The notes below the pieces were generated by a model. It did not search any database, had not been told where the DNA came from, and saw only the letters and a list, made by a program, of their open reading frames with translations. From positions 992,001 through 1,056,000 of the forward strand of contig JAXGMI010000001.1 in the NCBI GenBank assembly GCA_040768745.1: a DNA stretch of 64,000 nucleotides, in the 5' to 3' direction. Source of the DNA: Desulfomicrobium sp. Lineage in GTDB: Bacteria; Desulfobacterota; Desulfovibrionia; Desulfovibrionales; Desulfomicrobiaceae. Made by a program: the position numbers and the translations under genes. Below are positions 20,690 to 29,133 of this stretch, in pieces. Position 1 is the first letter of the stretch. Each line of letters starts with the position of its first letter.

Positions 20690-21010
20690 GATGTTGTCCT
20701 TGAGGTGGCCTAGGGCCTGGATGGGTGGAGTGCGGGGTGTGGTGTGGCAGAAAAATAGGAAAAGCTCTTGAGTCCGTCCACCGGAAAATAGGTTTTTCTG
20801 TCCGGCAACCATAGGCGAAACGGAGCCGGGGTACAGAGAGAAATCATTCCCCAGAACTGCACCTTGACAGAAACGTGTTCACCTTTGTAAATGGGCGTGT
20901 ATTATTTTTTTTGTTTTCGTATTATTTATAGAGACTTTTTTTTGTTTTTTTAATCGAATTGTTTCAAAAAATTCGTAGTCGAAAAACTCAAGCATGCAGG
21001 AGTGTTCGTC

Positions 21011-21781
21011 ATGAAAAAAGTTTTCCTATTCTGTGCTTGTGCGATCCTTCTTGTCGCCAACACCGCCCTGGGTCATTTCGGGATGGTCATACCATCCGCA
21101 AGCACGGCCATGGACAAGAAAGAGGCGGCAATCGAGCTGGCACTGTCATTTTCTCACCCCATGCAAGGGGTCGGAATGCCTTTGGACAGCCCGACCTCCG
21201 TCAGGGTTTTCGTGAACGGTCAGGCCGAGGACCTGCTGTCGGCTCTCAAGCCGGCGAAGATCATGAACCATGAGGCCTGGAAGCTCCTCTACACGATGAA
21301 GAAACCAGGGGTATATCAGTTCGTGATGGAGCCCAAGCCGTATTGGGAGCCGGCCGAGGATTGCTTCATCGTCCACTACACCAAGACCGTTGTCGCGGCC
21401 TTCGGCGAGGAGGAAGGATGGGAAGAACCTGTCGGCGTGAAGACGGAAATCGTGCCCCTGAGCAGGCCTTTTGGCAATTACGCGGGCAACGTGTTCACTG
21501 GTCAGGTTCTGCTGGATGGCAAGCCCGTGCCAGGCGCGGTGGTCGAAGTTGAGTTCTACAACCAGAAAGGCGCGTACAAAGCGCCTAACGACTACATGGT
21601 CACCCAGGTGGTCAAGGGTGACGACAACGGCGTGTTCACGTATGCGGTACCCTGGGCCGGCTGGTGGGGATTCGCGGCCCTGAACACATCTGAAGCCAAG
21701 ATGGACCACCAAGGCAAAGCCAAGGACGTGGAGCTGGGCGCCGTGTTGTGGACGGAATTTCTTGAGCCCGTGCGCAAGTAG
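21011..21781 (+). CDS. DUF4198 periplasmic protein associated with Co/Ni ECF transporters
   Basis: Signal peptide followed by His (HFGMVIP); PYWEPAED..I.H and GWWGFAAL; first gene of the cbiM operon. Confidence 0.85.
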   Translation: MKKVFLFCACAILLVANTALGHFGMVIPSASTAMDKKEAAIELALSFSHPMQGVGMPLDSPTSVRVFVNGQAEDLLSALKPAKIMNHEAWKLLYTMKKPGVYQFVMEPKPYWEPAEDCFIVHYTKTVVAAFGEEEGWEEPVGVKTEIVPLSRPFGNYAGNVFTGQVLLDGKPVPGAVVEVEFYNQKGAYKAPNDYMVTQVVKGDDNGVFTYAVPWAGWWGFAALNTSEAKMDHQGKAKDVELGAVLWTEFLEPVRK

Positions 21782-21804
21782 GGGTACGGTGCCGGCCTGA
21801 TGAA

Positions 21805-21836
21805 GCCGGGCATGGACCCATGCCCGGCACTTTTTT
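21805..21836 (+). terminator. Intra-operon hairpin with T tract between the DUF4198 gene and cbiM
   Basis: GCCGGGCATG-gacc-CATGCCCGGC followed by ACTTTTTT. Confidence 0.7.
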
Positions 21837-21860
21837 GAGCTGAACGGAGGCGATGGCAGC

Positions 21861-22460
21861 ATGCATATCTCCGAAGGCGTCCTCTCTCCCGCCATTCTTG
21901 GACTTGGCGCCGCGCTCACGGCCGTAGGCACGGCCATCGGCCTGCGCCGACTGGATTACGACCGGCTGATGACCGTGGCCATTCTGGCTGCGGCATTTTT
22001 CGTTGGATCCCTGATCCATGTGCCCATCGGGCCATCCAATGCCCACCTGATACTGAACGGTCTCCTCGGGGCCATTCTTGGCTGGGCCGCCTTTCCGGCC
22101 ATTCTGGTGGGGCTCATGTTGCAAGCCGTCCTCTTTCAATATGGGGGCATCACGGTCCTGGGCGTCAATACCTTCAATATGGCCTTTCCAGCTGTCCTGG
22201 GGTTTTATCTGCTGCGGCCGGCCATGGTCGGTTCGGGCAGAGCGCGATCCGTTGCCGCCTTCTGCTGCGGGGCACTGTCCGTGGCAGGGGCAGGGCTTTT
22301 GACGGCCTTGTCCCTGGCCTTCACCGCTGAAGGGTTCTTGCGGGCCGCGCAGCTTCTCTTTCTGGCCCATGTCCCCGTCATGGTGGTGGAAGGAGTTGTG
22401 ACAGTCTTGGCGGTGTCTTTTCTGATCAGAGTCCGGCCAGAAGTTTTTTCGATTTCCTGA
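21861..22460 (+). CDS. cbiM: Co/Ni ECF transporter substrate-binding component CbiM/NikM
   Basis: N-terminal MHISEG metal-binding motif; LQA.LF..GG.T.LG.N. Confidence 0.93.
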   Translation: MHISEGVLSPAILGLGAALTAVGTAIGLRRLDYDRLMTVAILAAAFFVGSLIHVPIGPSNAHLILNGLLGAILGWAAFPAILVGLMLQAVLFQYGGITVLGVNTFNMAFPAVLGFYLLRPAMVGSGRARSVAAFCCGALSVAGAGLLTALSLAFTAEGFLRAAQLLFLAHVPVMVVEGVVTVLAVSFLIRVRPEVFSIS

Positions 22461-22476
22461 ATCCTAGGAGTCGGGT

Positions 22477-23088
22477 ATGCGTGCCCTGCTTGTATTTTTT
22501 CTCACGGCCATCATGGTCCATTCCCTGGCCCTGGCGCATCGCGTCAATATCTTCGCCTATGTGGACGGCGAAGAGATCGTCGCGGAGTGCAGCTACAGCA
22601 AATCCAAAAGGGTCATCCGTGGAACGATCCAGGTCCTTGAAGCCGACAGCGGGGTCATGCTGTTGCACGGCGAGACCGATGAACAGGGCATGTTCAGGTT
22701 TCGCGTGCCTGAGCAGGCCCGCCAACGCGGTTCAGATCTGCGTATCCTGCTGCAGGCAGGAGAAGGGCATCAGAATGAGTGGACCGTGGAGGCGGCCGAA
22801 TTCATGGCGTCGCCGCCTACACCCGTCGGATCCCAGGCACTCCCGGTTGCCCCGAATCCCGCCTCACAGCAAGGGGACGTCGCGACTTTGTCCACTGCGG
22901 GATTGACCAGGGCCGAGGTGGAGGAGGTCGTCAACGCAGCCTTGGATGCCAAGCTTGCGCCCATAAAACGCGCCGTTCTGGAGCGGCAGGAAAAGGGGCC
23001 AGGACTGCAGGAAATTCTTGGCGGAATCGGCTGGATCTTTGGTCTGGTTGGCGTTGCAGCGTATTTCAAGGGGCGACCGCGTGTTTGA
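22477..23088 (+). CDS. CbiL/NikL-like auxiliary component
   Basis: Signal peptide then AHRVNIFA, AG.GH, C-terminal TM segment GGIGWIFGL; lies between cbiM and cbiQ. Confidence 0.7.
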   Translation: MRALLVFFLTAIMVHSLALAHRVNIFAYVDGEEIVAECSYSKSKRVIRGTIQVLEADSGVMLLHGETDEQGMFRFRVPEQARQRGSDLRILLQAGEGHQNEWTVEAAEFMASPPTPVGSQALPVAPNPASQQGDVATLSTAGLTRAEVEEVVNAALDAKLAPIKRAVLERQEKGPGLQEILGGIGWIFGLVGVAAYFKGRPRV

Positions 23089-23848
23089 CGAGCCTTTTGC
23101 CTGCGGACCTTCTCCTGTCCATGGGCTGGATCCCAGGGTCCGCCTGTGCATGGCCGCTGCTTTCTCCGTGACAGTGGCCATGGTCCGGCATCCAGGTACG
23201 GCCGCCGCAGGGCTTCTGATGGCCATGATCGCCCTGTGCGCCAGCCTTCCGCCCAAGAGGGCGCTTTTGCGCAGGGTGGTTCTGGTGAATGTGTTCATCC
23301 TGTTCCTGTGGCTGACCGTCCCGCTGACCATGCCTGGAGAGACCCTGTGGACTTTGGGTGCCGTCGGGGTCAGTCGGGAGGGCCTCGAACTGGTTGGAAT
23401 GGTCACCCTGAAATCCAACGCCATCCTGCTGGCCTTCCTGGCCTTGGTGGCGAGCATGGATTCCCCCACCATCGGACACGCCATGGCAAGGCTGGGCGTG
23501 CCCTCCAAGCTGGTGTTTCTTTTTCTCTTTACGTACCGCTACGTGCACGTCATCGCCGATGAATGGCAGCGTCTGAGGACTGCAGCCAGGTTGCGCGGGT
23601 TTGTTCCCCGCACTGACATGCGCACATACGCGACTGTCGGCCACCTTTTCGCCATGGTCCTGGTCAGGAGTTTAGACCGTTCTGCCCGGGTCTACAGGGC
23701 CATGATCCTGCGCGGATTCGATGGCCGATTTGCGTCCGTGTGCCGCTTCACGATCCGGCCTCGCGATGGGCTGTTTGTCCTGTGCGGATTGGCGGCCCAT
23801 ATCCTCATGATCTTCATGGAATGCTTTGCGGGGGTTCTGCGTGTCTGA
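23081..23848 (+). CDS. cbiQ: ECF transmembrane T component CbiQ
   Basis: LDPR, YRY, RLRGF and AM.LRGF motifs. Confidence 0.9.
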   Translation: MFDEPFACGPSPVHGLDPRVRLCMAAAFSVTVAMVRHPGTAAAGLLMAMIALCASLPPKRALLRRVVLVNVFILFLWLTVPLTMPGETLWTLGAVGVSREGLELVGMVTLKSNAILLAFLALVASMDSPTIGHAMARLGVPSKLVFLFLFTYRYVHVIADEWQRLRTAARLRGFVPRTDMRTYATVGHLFAMVLVRSLDRSARVYRAMILRGFDGRFASVCRFTIRPRDGLFVLCGLAAHILMIFMECFAGVLRV

Positions 23849-24569
23849 ACCCTCTCTTTTCACTCTGGAAGATGTCTATTTTGCCTATCCCCCGGGACAA
23901 GAAGTGTTGAGAGGGGTCAATTTGAGTTTTTCTTCCGGGCAGCAGATCGGTCTTTATGGATCCAACGGCAGCGGGAAGACCACGCTGTTTCACGTCATCA
24001 CGGGGCTGGTGACCCCAGTGCAAGGTCGTGTGCTTTTTCACGGCCGGCCTGTACATGATGAAAAGGGTTTCCGCGCTCTCCGTCGTGAAATCGGCCTGGT
24101 GCTGCAGAACGCGGAGGATCAGCTGTTCAACCCCACGGTTCTCGACGACGTGGCTTTCGGCCCCCTGAATCTGGGGTTGTCAGCCGATGATGCCCGGGAT
24201 CGGGCCGTGGAAACCCTGCACGCCCTTGGACTGACAGGATTCGAGGATCGGTTGACCCACCGCCTGTCCGGGGGGGAAAAGAAACTCGTCTCCCTGGCCA
24301 CCATTCTCTCCATGCAGCCCAAGGTGCTGCTCCTTGACGAGCCGACCAACGGCCTGGATCCGCAGACCAGGGCGCGGATCATCGAGATCCTCTGCCAGCT
24401 GCCCACTTCCCGCATCATCATCTCCCATGACTGGGATTTCCTGGCCCAGACCACAACAGAGTACATGACCATCAAGGAAGGCAGGCTTGTTTCCGACGCG
24501 CCATTCCTTCCTCATCGCCACGTGCACGCCCACCCCCTGGGCGATGAGCCGCACCACCATCACGACTGA
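23841..24569 (+). CDS. cbiO: ECF ATPase CbiO with His-rich C-terminal tail
   Basis: GSNGSGKTT, DVAFGP.NLG, LSGGEKK, LLLDEP, SHD. Confidence 0.92.
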   Translation: MSEPSLFTLEDVYFAYPPGQEVLRGVNLSFSSGQQIGLYGSNGSGKTTLFHVITGLVTPVQGRVLFHGRPVHDEKGFRALRREIGLVLQNAEDQLFNPTVLDDVAFGPLNLGLSADDARDRAVETLHALGLTGFEDRLTHRLSGGEKKLVSLATILSMQPKVLLLDEPTNGLDPQTRARIIEILCQLPTSRIIISHDWDFLAQTTTEYMTIKEGRLVSDAPFLPHRHVHAHPLGDEPHHHHD

Positions 24570-25564
24570 ATCGGGTGGCCCTTGAGTTCGGGCCAGATCT
24601 GGCGGGCCGTGTCGCGGGTCAAGCTGGCGAGAACCAGGGTTAGGGGCCTGGAGTCCGGGGAGGAGAGTTCCAAAAAGGAGATCTCCTTGCCCTCTTTCCG
24701 GTCAGACTTGATGCCGAATTCCTCTACGTGCATGGTCACCATTTCGGTCTTGATGTGGTCCTGGGGATGCATCAGCACGTCGCAGACCTGCACAAGGTAT
24801 GTCTCGGGTTCAGGGGGCTGAGGCAGAGCGGCCAGCTGGGCATCGATGCGGGACAGTTCATTCCGGGCCCTGCGCAACTGGTCCCTCAACGTCGGGGAAA
24901 CGTCCATGGTACGGACTTCTTTTCTGGTCAGCTCCAGGGTGTGCTGCTGGGCTTCAAGCAATGTCTCTGACTCGAGCAAGGTTCGACGCAACTCCTCGGC
25001 GCGACGCAACCTTTCCGGGACCACTCCGGCCAAGTGCATGACCAGTTCCTCGACGACAGCGGCTCGGATGCAGGTCTGGGAGGCTGCAGAAATGGTGACG
25101 CGCTGGTGTTCAAAGCTGAGTACTGTTTGCAGGACCCCGTGCAGGACCATCTCCCCCTGCAGATCGCTCCCCAGGATCTCGAATTCGTGCCGCTGCATGG
25201 TCAGCAGAAAAAAGCACTCCTGTACGGTTTGGTCTGCAAAGGTCGCGCGCAGGTCATGGCTCTCGCGGAACAGGTCGAAGCCCTCCTGCGGGGTGGCAAA
25301 AAGGAGTGGAAAAAGGGGGTCCCTCCGCCACAGGCTCTTCTCCATCCGCTTAGGGGGTCCGAGCTCGTCTGCCAGCGCCCCGGCAAAAGCGAGGGCCGTA
25401 GACACCGGGATCGTCATTTTTTGCCTATGACCAGGGATGGACAGGAGCAGGGGAAGTTCCGCCAGAATGCGATCCACCAGGCGATCCACGTCTGCACTCG
25501 GGCAGATTGCGGCGTCATGGTGCACAGGGCTGATCAGACGTTGGATGCGCTGAAGAATGTTCAT
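24560..25564 (-). CDS. Hypothetical protein with a coiled-coil segment
   Basis: 334-aa ORF with natural amino-acid composition filling the gap; no family recognised. Confidence 0.7.
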   Translation of the reverse strand: MNILQRIQRLISPVHHDAAICPSADVDRLVDRILAELPLLLSIPGHRQKMTIPVSTALAFAGALADELGPPKRMEKSLWRRDPLFPLLFATPQEGFDLFRESHDLRATFADQTVQECFFLLTMQRHEFEILGSDLQGEMVLHGVLQTVLSFEHQRVTISAASQTCIRAAVVEELVMHLAGVVPERLRRAEELRRTLLESETLLEAQQHTLELTRKEVRTMDVSPTLRDQLRRARNELSRIDAQLAALPQPPEPETYLVQVCDVLMHPQDHIKTEMVTMHVEEFGIKSDRKEGKEISFLELSSPDSRPLTLVLASLTRDTARQIWPELKGHPIQS

Positions 25565-25616
25565 GGAGGGGGCTGGGTTCTGTTGTTGCCCTTTTGAGAA
25601 TGGTCGAGAAAAATCC

Positions 25617-25642
25617 GCCCCGGAGCCCCAAGGCTCCGGGGC
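25617..25642 (-). terminator. Hairpin terminator downstream of wrbA
   Basis: GCCCCGGAGCC-ccaa-GGCTCCGGGGC perfect stem, followed on the minus strand by GGATTTTTC. Confidence 0.7.
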
Positions 25643-25682
25643 ATTTATCCTTTGCATCCCAAGGGAAGGCAAGGAGAGAGAA

Positions 25683-26291
25683 CTATTTCAGCTTCAGTGC
25701 AATGCCAGCTATGTGCTTGGCTTGGTAGCGCATGCCTTCAAGCTCGGTTTCCGAAGGTTGTCGGGACCCGTCGCCGCCGGCAATGGTACTCGCCCCGTAG
25801 GGGGACCCTCCGGTGATTTCATCCATGCGGGTCTGTCCCTGGAAGGAGTAAGGCAGTCCCACCACGATCATGCCCTGATGCAGAAGATAGGTGTGAAAAG
25901 TGAGGATGGTCGACTCCTGACCTCCGTGCTGTGTGGCGGAGGACACAAATACCCCACCAGGCTTGCCGACAAGCGCGCCTTTTGCCCACAGTCCGCCAGT
26001 GGAATCCAGAAACTGGCGCATCTGGCCGCTCATATTCCCGAAACGGGTCGGGGTGCCAAAAAGCACGGCATCGGCTTCGGCCAGATCCTCCACCGTGGCC
26101 ACAGGGACGTGGGCCTGGGCCTTAGCTTGGTCCAGGGCTCCCATTTTGGCCAGGACCTCGTCACTCAGGGTTTCCGGGACGCGGCGCAGCAGCACTTCCA
26201 CACCCGGTATTTCGCGGACCACGGCAGCTGCGGCTTCAGCCATGGTTTTGATGTGGCCATACGTCGAATGATAGACGATGAGCATTTTCAT
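25683..26291 (-). CDS. wrbA: NAD(P)H:quinone oxidoreductase WrbA
   Basis: YHSTYGH, GTPTRFG, TQHGGQE, GGSPYGA. Confidence 0.96.
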   Translation of the reverse strand: MKMLIVYHSTYGHIKTMAEAAAAVVREIPGVEVLLRRVPETLSDEVLAKMGALDQAKAQAHVPVATVEDLAEADAVLFGTPTRFGNMSGQMRQFLDSTGGLWAKGALVGKPGGVFVSSATQHGGQESTILTFHTYLLHQGMIVVGLPYSFQGQTRMDEITGGSPYGASTIAGGDGSRQPSETELEGMRYQAKHIAGIALKLK

Positions 26292-26604
26292 GGTGGCCTC
26301 CAAGTGGCCACGTAAGGCCACGGGGTTATGTTGTAAAAGCGCGGAACACATGAAGGGGATCTCTGAAACAAAGTTTCAAGTGTTGTTACTAGAACCAACT
26401 TCCGGCAAGTCAAGGCAGAATGGTCAATGCAGCCCATGCTCATGCCTCTTGCTTGGTCAGTTTCCTGATGAAATTTTCAATAATCTGAAATTAAAAGATA
26501 TTTTTGTGTTCGTAACCCTATTGTTTTTTACGCCATCCTGCTACATGCACGGCTGTTTTTGACGCGCGTCATAGTCGCCCTCTGCGGGCAAGGCGGAATC
26601 AACC

Positions 26605-26961
26605 ATGCGCTTTTATCTGTCCACCGTCATCCTGCTCTCCCTCAGCAACATTTTCATGACCTTCGCCTGGTACGGGCATCTCCGCAACCTGTCCCACACC
26701 CCCTGGATCATCGCGGCCTTCGCCAGCTGGGGCATCGCGCTCATGGAGTATCTGCTGCAGGTCCCGGCCAACCGCATCGGCCATCAGGTCATGAACGTCG
26801 GCCAGCTCAAGATCCTGCAGGAGTGCATTGCCCTGTCGATCTTCATCCCCTTCTCCATCCTGTACATGAAGGAGAAGCCCAGCATGGACTATGTCTGGGC
26901 CGGCCTGTGCATCCTCGGCGCGGCCTTCTTCATGTTCCGCAAAAAACTGATGGGCGCGTAA
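26605..26961 (+). CDS. Small DMT-family membrane protein (DUF486/DMT_6)
   Basis: SN.FMTFAWYGHL, SWGIA..EY..QVPANRIG, QLKI.QE. Confidence 0.88.
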   Translation: MRFYLSTVILLSLSNIFMTFAWYGHLRNLSHTPWIIAAFASWGIALMEYLLQVPANRIGHQVMNVGQLKILQECIALSIFIPFSILYMKEKPSMDYVWAGLCILGAAFFMFRKKLMGA

Positions 26962-26988
26962 CCGCGGCGGCCCATTCACGGGAGGCCC

Positions 26989-28491
26989 ATGCTCGAACTG
27001 ATCGCCCTGGTCAGCGGCGCCCTGGTCATGGTCCTGGAGATGGTCGGGGCCAGGGTCATGGCCCCGCACCTCGGGACCTCGGTCATCGTCTGGACCAGCC
27101 TCATCGGCGTGGTCCTGGCCTGCCTGGCCCTGGGTGCCTGGCTTGGCGGGCGCATGGCCGACCGCACGGTCTCGCGGGCACGGCTGGCCGCCATTCTGGC
27201 CTTGGCCGGGTGCGGGACGGCCCTGACGGGTTTGCTGCATTCGACCGTGGCCGATGCCGTGGCCGCCTCCGTGTCCAGCCTGCACATGGCCGCCGTGCTC
27301 TGCGCCATCCTGCTCCTGTCCCTGCCCGCCACCTTCTTCGGCATGGTCACGCCGTACGTCATCCGCCTGCGCATGGAGGACGTGTCCTCGTCCGGAAGGA
27401 CCGTGGGCACTCTCTACGCCCTGTCGACTGTCGGCAGCATCGCCGGGACGTTCCTGGGCGGGTTCGTGCTCGTCTCCTGGTTCGGGAGCACCCACATCCT
27501 GCTCGGCACGGGCGCGGGCATGCTCCTCCTGTCGCTGCTGGCCTGCCCCAGCCCGGCGAAGGTCCGGTCGGCCCTGCTCGCCCTGATCTGCCTGGGCGGC
27601 TGGGCGTCAGCCTCCTACCAGGCCTTCGAGGAGGCGGCCAGCGGGGCACGCACCGTGGAGACACCCTACAACCACATCCGCATCGTGCGCGGCCTGGACC
27701 ACGAAGGCCGCGAGCTCCTGTGCCTGGCCACGGACCCCGGGCGCTTCCAGTCGGCCATGTACGTCGACGACCCGGCCGGCCTGGCCCTGCCCTACACCCG
27801 CTTTTTCGCCCTTGGCCCGGCCCTGGTCCCGGACGCCCGGCGCGTGCTCATGCTCGGCGGCGGGGCATTTTCCGTGCCGCGCTGGCTCCTGGCCGGGCGC
27901 AGCGCCCTGGACCCGTCCACCCTCGGCGTGGACGTCGTCGAGCTGGACCCGGGCATGACCCGCGCGGCCCGGGAGCATTTCGGCCTGGCCGAGGACCCGC
28001 GCCTGCGCGTGGTGCACGAGGACGCCCGCACCTTCTGCAACCGCAACACCGAGCGCTACGACCTCGTCTTCGTCGACGTCTTCGGCTCCTGCTACACCAT
28101 CCCCTTCCAGGCCGGCACCGAGGAGGCCGCCGCAGCCATGCGCCGGGCGGTGAAAGAAAACGGGGCGCTGGTCATGAACGTCATCGCCTCCCTGGACGGC
28201 GGGGCGGGACGCCTGTTCCGGTCCATCCACGCCGGCCTGGCCCGGCACTTCGCCGAGGTGCTCGTCTTCGCCGTGACCGATCCGGCCGACCCCGAGACCA
28301 TCCAGAACCTCATGCTCCTGGCCCTGCCCGTCCCGCGGCCGGACCTGGCGCGAACCCTGGCGGGTTCCGACGACCCGGCCCTGGCACCGATCCTGGCGGC
28401 CCGCGTCACCGCGCCCGTCCCGTCCGCGCCGCCCCTGCGCGACGATTTCGCGCCGGTGGAGCGCTACTCCCTGGCCCTGCTGCCGCGCTGA
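26989..28491 (+). CDS. Fused membrane domain/spermidine synthase-like SAM-binding protein
   Basis: About 7 TM segments (LE....R...P..G.S..VW, GS..GTF..GF) followed by LGGGA, VELDP, DAR, DVF, DDFAPVE. Confidence 0.85.
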   Translation: MLELIALVSGALVMVLEMVGARVMAPHLGTSVIVWTSLIGVVLACLALGAWLGGRMADRTVSRARLAAILALAGCGTALTGLLHSTVADAVAASVSSLHMAAVLCAILLLSLPATFFGMVTPYVIRLRMEDVSSSGRTVGTLYALSTVGSIAGTFLGGFVLVSWFGSTHILLGTGAGMLLLSLLACPSPAKVRSALLALICLGGWASASYQAFEEAASGARTVETPYNHIRIVRGLDHEGRELLCLATDPGRFQSAMYVDDPAGLALPYTRFFALGPALVPDARRVLMLGGGAFSVPRWLLAGRSALDPSTLGVDVVELDPGMTRAAREHFGLAEDPRLRVVHEDARTFCNRNTERYDLVFVDVFGSCYTIPFQAGTEEAAAAMRRAVKENGALVMNVIASLDGGAGRLFRSIHAGLARHFAEVLVFAVTDPADPETIQNLMLLALPVPRPDLARTLAGSDDPALAPILAARVTAPVPSAPPLRDDFAPVERYSLALLPR

Positions 28492-28550
28492 ATCCTGTCC
28501 GCCCCCTTTCCTTCCCGCAATTGTGCATTATTGAGTGAAATAGTCCGATT

Positions 28551-28578
28551 TGCACATCGGTATGTGCATTCTTATGCA
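28551..28578. promoter_or_regulatory. Overlapping palindromes, candidate enhancer for a sigma54 activator
   Basis: TGCACAT-cggt-ATGTGCA (28551-28568) and TGCAT-tctt-ATGCA (28565-28578) in AT-rich DNA upstream of the -24/-12 site. Confidence 0.5.
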
Positions 28579-28624
28579 GTTTTTACACCAATAATTCTGA
28601 AAATACTTGGTAAGCGATTTGGTA

Positions 28625-28640
28625 TGGCCTGTGCTTTGCT
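28625..28640 (+). promoter_or_regulatory. Sigma54 (-24/-12) promoter
   Basis: TGGCCTGTGCTTTGCT matches TGGCAC-N5-TTGCW with exact GG-N10-GC spacing, 43 bp before the DUF2318 start. Confidence 0.7.
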
Positions 28641-28683
28641 GCATGTGCCGTGCAATGCGCCAGTCCCACAATTTGGAGGCATC

Positions 28684-29133
28684 ATGAAATTTTTCCGTGT
28701 TTTTCTTCTGGCCGCCCTTGTCCTGACGGCCGCAGCCCCGGCTTCGGCCTTTCTCGGCATGTTCGCCAAGCATGAGGAGGTCAGGGCCGAAAACGGCCGC
28801 GTGACCATCCCGGTCGACCGGGTGTCCGACGGCAAGGCCCACTATTTCCGGTTCCAGGATGGCGGAACCGAGCTCAAGTTCTTCGTGCTCAAGAGCTCCG
28901 ACGGCGTGATCCGGGCCGCCTTCGACGCCTGCGACGTCTGCTTCCGCGAGAAGAAGGGCTATTCCCAGGACAAGGACTTCATGGTCTGCAACAACTGCGG
29001 CATGAAATTCCACTCCTCGCGCATCAACGAGGTCGCGGGTGGGTGCAACCCCTCGCCCCTGAAGCGGTCCGTCGAGGGCGACGCCGTGGTCGTCGCCGTG
29101 TCCGATCTCGTCGCCGGGAAGGGGTATTTCTAG
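28684..29133 (+). CDS. Exported DUF2318 Cys-rich protein
   Basis: Signal peptide; DACDVC, GY.Q, CNNCG, GGCNP.PL; GGAGG RBS. Confidence 0.85.
   Translation: MKFFRVFLLAALVLTAAAPASAFLGMFAKHEEVRAENGRVTIPVDRVSDGKAHYFRFQDGGTELKFFVLKSSDGVIRAAFDACDVCFREKKGYSQDKDFMVCNNCGMKFHSSRINEVAGGCNPSPLKRSVEGDAVVVAVSDLVAGKGYF

Noticed and set aside
20690..21010. Cobalamin riboswitch upstream of the cbiM operon
   Set aside because: No B12-box or other conserved riboswitch segments are visible, and the region is too AT-rich and unstructured.
21797..21836. CTGATGA followed by a stem, resembling a hammerhead ribozyme core
   Set aside because: The required GAAA after stem II is missing (ACTTTTTT follows); a terminator explains it better.
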